DNA of 49,227 bases, taken from an uncultured bacterium. GTDB taxonomy: Bacteria > Ratteibacteria > UBA8468 > B48-G9 > JAFGKM01. The translations under genes and the position numbers were made by a program. Positions 45,630 through 49,227 of this stretch are shown here, piece after piece. The stretch is from positions 1 through 49,227 of the forward strand of contig CAYNUP010000158.1 of assembly GCA_964400565.1 (NCBI GenBank). Reading direction: 5' to 3'. Under the pieces are notes generated by a model. It was given only the letters and a program-made list of their open reading frames with translations. It was not told the DNA's origin and did not search any database. Every line of letters begins with the position of its first letter. Position 1 is the stretch's first letter.

Positions 45630-47720
45630 TTAAAATTCAAAAGCAAATCTTACATCTACTGCAATACATTCTTTTTCTTTTACAATTAATGGATTTATAT
45701 CCATTTCCTTTATCTCAGGAAAATCACATACCAATTGAGAAATCCTTAAAATTGTTTTTTTAATACCTTCAATATCACATTTTGGAATATTTCTGTATCC
45801 TTTTAAAATTTTGCTTGTTTTAACTTCTTCTATAATTTCATCTACATCTATGTCTGTAAGAGGTGCGACTTTGAAAGAAACATCTTTTAAAACTTCAACA
45901 AATATTCCACCAAGCCCAAACATAATGAGATGTCCAAACTGAGCATCCTTACTGACCCCTATTATTACCTCAACCCCTTTTTCAATCATTTCCTGTATTT
46001 GAACGCCAATTATTCTTGCACAGGGATTATATTTTTTCGCAGAATCTATTATTTCTTTAAATGCTTTTTTTCCTTCTTCAGGAGTTTTAATACCGAGTTT
46101 TATTCCACCTGCATCAGTTTTGTGAATTATATCAGGAGATACAAGTTTCATAACAAAAATACCTTTGTTTTCCTTTAAAAATTTCTCACATTCATTTTCA
46201 TCCTTTGCAAGAAAAGATTTTATCACATTTATTCCATATAATGATAGAATTTCCCGACCTTCAATATCTCCAATAATTTTTATATTCTGTTTTTTAAATT
46301 CTTCAATTCTTTCTTTAACTTTCTCCTTTTCAACTTTAAAATCAATAATTTTTTCTTTCAAAATTTTTTCTCTATACTTTCTGTAATCATCCATAACTTT
46401 TAAAGAAAGAACCCCTCTTTCAGGTGTGGGATAATTTGGAATTTTGTTCTCTTTAAGAATGTTTATCCCTTCCTCAACTCTTTTCCCTCCCATAAAACAG
46501 GCAATAACAGGTTTCTCATACTTTTTTGATATTTCTACAATACAATTTGCAGTTTCAGAAATTTGAGTTGTAACCTGTGGTGTTAAAATTACCATTAATC
46601 CATCCACATTATCATCAGAAATCACATATTCAGTTGCTTTCTGGTATCTATCACTTTTAGCATCTCCAAGGACATCAACAGGATTATTTATATTTGAAGC
46701 AGGTGGAAGAAAATTCTTAAGGGACTCTATTGTCTTTTTTGAAAAAGTAGAAAGAAAAAGTCCTACCTCTTCAATCATATCAACCGCCATAACAGATGGA
46801 CCTCCTGCATTTGTTATAATCCCAATTCTATTTCCTTTTAAAACTGACTGGTAGGAAAAAATTAAAGCATAATCAAATAACTCTGCTACTGTATTTGCTC
46901 TTATAACTCCTGATTGTTTTATTGCTGCATTAAAAGCAATATCAGAACCAGCGAGCGAACCTGTATGAGAACTTGCTGTCTTTGTCCCACTTTCTGTTTT
47001 ACCTGATTTTACAACAATAATCGGTTTTTTTCTTATAACCTTTTTGCATACATCAATAAATTTTCTTCCATCACTTATGCCTTCAAGATATAAAAGAATC
47101 ACATTTGTATCAGGGTCATTTTCAAGGTATTCAATTAAATCAATCTCAGAAATATCTGCTTTATTACCGAAACTTATAAATTTAGAAAGTCCAACATTTT
47201 CCTTTATTGCCCAGTCCAAAATAGCAGTTCCAAGAGCACCTGATTGAGTAATAAATGATATTTTTCCTTCAGTTGGCATTTCAAAAGCGAAAGATGCATT
47301 CAGTTTATTTTTTGTATCTATAATTCCAAGACAATTTGGCCCAATAAGTCTCATATTATATTCTTTTACTATCTCTTTCAGTTTTTCTTCCCTCTTCTTT
47401 CCTTCTTCTCCTGTTTCTTTAAAACCAGCAGAAATTACTATAATTCCCTTTACACCTTTTTTACCACATTCTTTTGCAACATCACATACATATTCAGCAG
47501 GAACAACAATTACAGCAAGTTCAACATTATATGGTATTTCTGATACATTTTTATAACATTTTAGATTTAAAATTTCATTTTCTTTCGGATTTACTGGAAA
47601 GGTTTTTCCTTTATAACCACCATCAATTATATTTTTTAAAATTTTAAATCCAAGTTTTTCAGGATTTTTAGAAGCTCCTATAAGTGCAACACTTTCAGGA
47701 TTGAAAAAAAAGTTTAACAT
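45630..47720 (-). CDS. acetate--CoA ligase (ADP-forming) / NDP-forming acyl-CoA synthetase, fused alpha-beta
   Basis: FFNPESVALIGASKNPEKLG CoA-binding N-terminus, the phosphohistidine loop SSHTGSLAG, and a C-terminal ATP-grasp domain. 696 aa. Confidence 0.85.
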   Translation of the reverse strand: MLNFFFNPESVALIGASKNPEKLGFKILKNIIDGGYKGKTFPVNPKENEILNLKCYKNVSEIPYNVELAVIVVPAEYVCDVAKECGKKGVKGIIVISAGFKETGEEGKKREEKLKEIVKEYNMRLIGPNCLGIIDTKNKLNASFAFEMPTEGKISFITQSGALGTAILDWAIKENVGLSKFISFGNKADISEIDLIEYLENDPDTNVILLYLEGISDGRKFIDVCKKVIRKKPIIVVKSGKTESGTKTASSHTGSLAGSDIAFNAAIKQSGVIRANTVAELFDYALIFSYQSVLKGNRIGIITNAGGPSVMAVDMIEEVGLFLSTFSKKTIESLKNFLPPASNINNPVDVLGDAKSDRYQKATEYVISDDNVDGLMVILTPQVTTQISETANCIVEISKKYEKPVIACFMGGKRVEEGINILKENKIPNYPTPERGVLSLKVMDDYRKYREKILKEKIIDFKVEKEKVKERIEEFKKQNIKIIGDIEGREILSLYGINVIKSFLAKDENECEKFLKENKGIFVMKLVSPDIIHKTDAGGIKLGIKTPEEGKKAFKEIIDSAKKYNPCARIIGVQIQEMIEKGVEVIIGVSKDAQFGHLIMFGLGGIFVEVLKDVSFKVAPLTDIDVDEIIEEVKTSKILKGYRNIPKCDIEGIKKTILRISQLVCDFPEIKEMDINPLIVKEKECIAVDVRFAFEF

Positions 47721-47877
47721 ATTTCTCCCTTTTTAAAGATTTAATTATACACCTCTTTCAAATTCTTTTCAAATATTCCAGATTTGTTTGACACAATTTT
47801 AAAAAAAAAATAAACTTATAAAATTAAAAAAAGTTGTAAAATATACAATTTTTAACCAAATTTAACAAGGGGGGAAT

Positions 47878-49227
47878 ATGCTTAGTGACCTTGAAATTGC
47901 TCAGAAAGCAGAGATAAAGCATATAAAGGAAATTGCTCAAAAAGCAGGTATAGATGAGGAATATCTTGAATTGTATGGAAATTATAAAGCAAAGGTTTCG
48001 CTTGAAATTTTAAAAAAACTTAAAGATAGGCCAAATGCTAAATATATTGATGTAACCGCTATAACTCCAACACCTCTTGGAGAAGGTAAAACTGTTACCA
48101 CAATTGGTCTATCTCAGGCAATCGGAAAACTCAAAAAGAAAGTTTTTACCTGCATAAGGCAACCATCTCTTGGTCCTGTATTTGGAATTAAAGGAGGTGC
48201 TGCGGGAGGAGGATATTCTCAAGTTATTCCAATGGAGGATTTTAATTTACATTTAACAGGAGATGTTCATGCTGTTGGCATTGCTCATAATTTACTTGCT
48301 GCCTTTGTTGACAATTCTGTTTATAAAGGAAATCCTCTTAATATAGACCCTCTTACAATTACATGGCCAAGAGTTGTTGATGTTTCTGATAGATTTTTAA
48401 GACACATAATAATAGGACTTGGTGGGAAGGAAAATGGTTTCCCAAGGGAAACAGGATTTGATATAACTGTTGCTTCTGAAGTAATGGCTATCCTTGCTTT
48501 AACAAAAGATTTATTTGATTTAAGAAAAAGATTGTCAAACATTATTGTTGCCCAGACATATGATAAAAAACCAGTCACAGCAGAAGATGTGAAAGCAGCA
48601 GGTGCTATGACTGTTTTGTTAAAGGATGCTATAAAACCAACATTAATGCAAACACTTGAACATACACCTGTTTTTGTTCATGCTGGTCCATTTGCAAATA
48701 TAGCCCATGGGAATAGTTCAATAATTGCTGACCTTATTGCTATAAAACTGGCTGATTATGTTGTTACAGAAAGTGGATTTGGTGCTGATTGTGGTATGGA
48801 AAAATTTATGAATATAAAGTGCAGATACAGTGGATTAAAGCCTGATTGTGTCGTTATAGTTTGTTCAATAAGGGCTTTAAAAATGCATAGTGGAAAATTT
48901 AAAGTTGTTCCAGGTAAACCACTTGATAGAGGACTTATTGAGGAAAATATACCAGCAATAGTTGAAGGAGCAAGTAATTTGAAAAAACAGATAGAAAATG
49001 CCAAAATTTTTGGAATACCCTGTGTTGTTGCCATAAATAAATTTCAGACAGATACAGAAAAAGAAATTGAAAAAACAAAAGAACTTGCTATTGAATTTGG
49101 AGCAGATGATGTGGCTGTAAGTGAGGTTTGGGAAAAGGGAGGAGAAGGAGGTCTTGAACTTGCTGAAAAGGTTATCAAGGCATGTGAAAAAGAAAAGAAT
49201 TTTCAGTTTTTATATCCACTCCAATGG
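47878..49227 (+). CDS. fhs: formate--tetrahydrofolate ligase (partial; 3' end beyond the window)
   Basis: Open-ended ORF absent from the track. ATG at 47878 follows GGGGGG. My translation reads MLSDLEIAQKAEIKHIKEIAQKAGIDEEYLELYGNYKAKV...ITPTPLGEGKTVTTIGL...PSLGPVFGIKGGAAGGGYSQV, the FTHFS signatures. It stays in frame to the window end (450 codons). Confidence 0.95.
   Translation, partial: MLSDLEIAQKAEIKHIKEIAQKAGIDEEYLELYGNYKAKVSLEILKKLKDRPNAKYIDVTAITPTPLGEGKTVTTIGLSQAIGKLKKKVFTCIRQPSLGPVFGIKGGAAGGGYSQVIPMEDFNLHLTGDVHAVGIAHNLLAAFVDNSVYKGNPLNIDPLTITWPRVVDVSDRFLRHIIIGLGGKENGFPRETGFDITVASEVMAILALTKDLFDLRKRLSNIIVAQTYDKKPVTAEDVKAAGAMTVLLKDAIKPTLMQTLEHTPVFVHAGPFANIAHGNSSIIADLIAIKLADYVVTESGFGADCGMEKFMNIKCRYSGLKPDCVVIVCSIRALKMHSGKFKVVPGKPLDRGLIEENIPAIVEGASNLKKQIENAKIFGIPCVVAINKFQTDTEKEIEKTKELAIEFGADDVAVSEVWEKGGEGGLELAEKVIKACEKEKNFQFLYPLQW

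Noticed and set aside
47721-47877. Possible ZTP (pfl) or THF riboswitch upstream of fhs.
   Set aside because: fhs often carries such leaders, but this region has no GC-rich helices and no GGGTCGTGAC...CCGCCTGGGCA-like cores. I see only a plausible TTGACA-N17-TAAACT promoter (47788-47816) and a G-rich Shine-Dalgarno.
1-49227. CRISPR arrays, IS elements or transposases, integrases, rRNA genes, and long direct or tandem repeats.
   Set aside because: Reading both strands I found no regularly spaced repeats, no transposase- or integrase-like ORFs, and no rRNA-like GC-rich blocks. The only GC-rich non-coding islands are the tRNA and the B12 riboswitch. An exhaustive repeat search would need computation.

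Overview
This is a densely coded, AT-rich bacterial chromosomal window (about 30% GC by eye). I count about 53 protein genes, one tRNA and one riboswitch. I saw no rRNA, CRISPR array, IS element or prophage signature.

Layout:
(i) 1-11.5 kb: minus-strand housekeeping genes (DUF1015, SurA-like, rsmI, Cas4-like nuclease, ArsB/NhaD permease, UvrD-like helicase, pyrB, pyrR, cysS), plus a plus-strand TIM-barrel and NSS-transporter pair.
(ii) 11.7-12.9 kb: a URO-D-family gene.
(iii) 12.9-17.2 kb: a minus-strand cobalamin riboswitch with terminator, followed by a DUF1559 (H-X9-DG) pseudopilin, then btuF, cobO, btuC and btuD.
(iv) 17.2-19.8 kb: a TPM, nucleotidyltransferase, LemA, ACT array.
(v) 19.9-31.5 kb: the dcw cluster mraZ-rsmH-ftsL-ftsI-murE-murF-mraY-murD-ftsW, continuing directly into a HAD hydrolase and an AlaC-like aminotransferase.
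(vi) A tRNA with anticodon CAT, antisense to the aminotransferase 3' end.
(vii) 31.6-43.6 kb: one tightly packed minus-strand array. Order: M16 peptidase, bioY, asd, parA plus a ParG-like RHH protein, pilB-pilT-pilB-pilC, a DUF1559 pilin, MntA/HepT toxin-antitoxin, and a GspG-like pseudopilin.
(viii) 43.7-49.2 kb: TIM-barrel protein, MBL hydrolase, ADP-forming acetyl-CoA synthetase, and fhs (partial at the 3' edge).

Three class-III-signal-peptide proteins, two carrying H-X9-DG, together with the low GC suggest a PVC or Omnitrophota-type lineage. This is inference only.

Most interesting observations: (a) the B12 riboswitch operon opens with a pseudopilin instead of an outer-membrane receptor; (b) the type IV pilus-like module has two PilB paralogues flanking PilT and a HepT/MntA pair translationally coupled inside the pilin operon.

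Several ORF-track starts are alternative-codon N-terminal extensions. I re-set them to ATG codons that have Shine-Dalgarno sequences.
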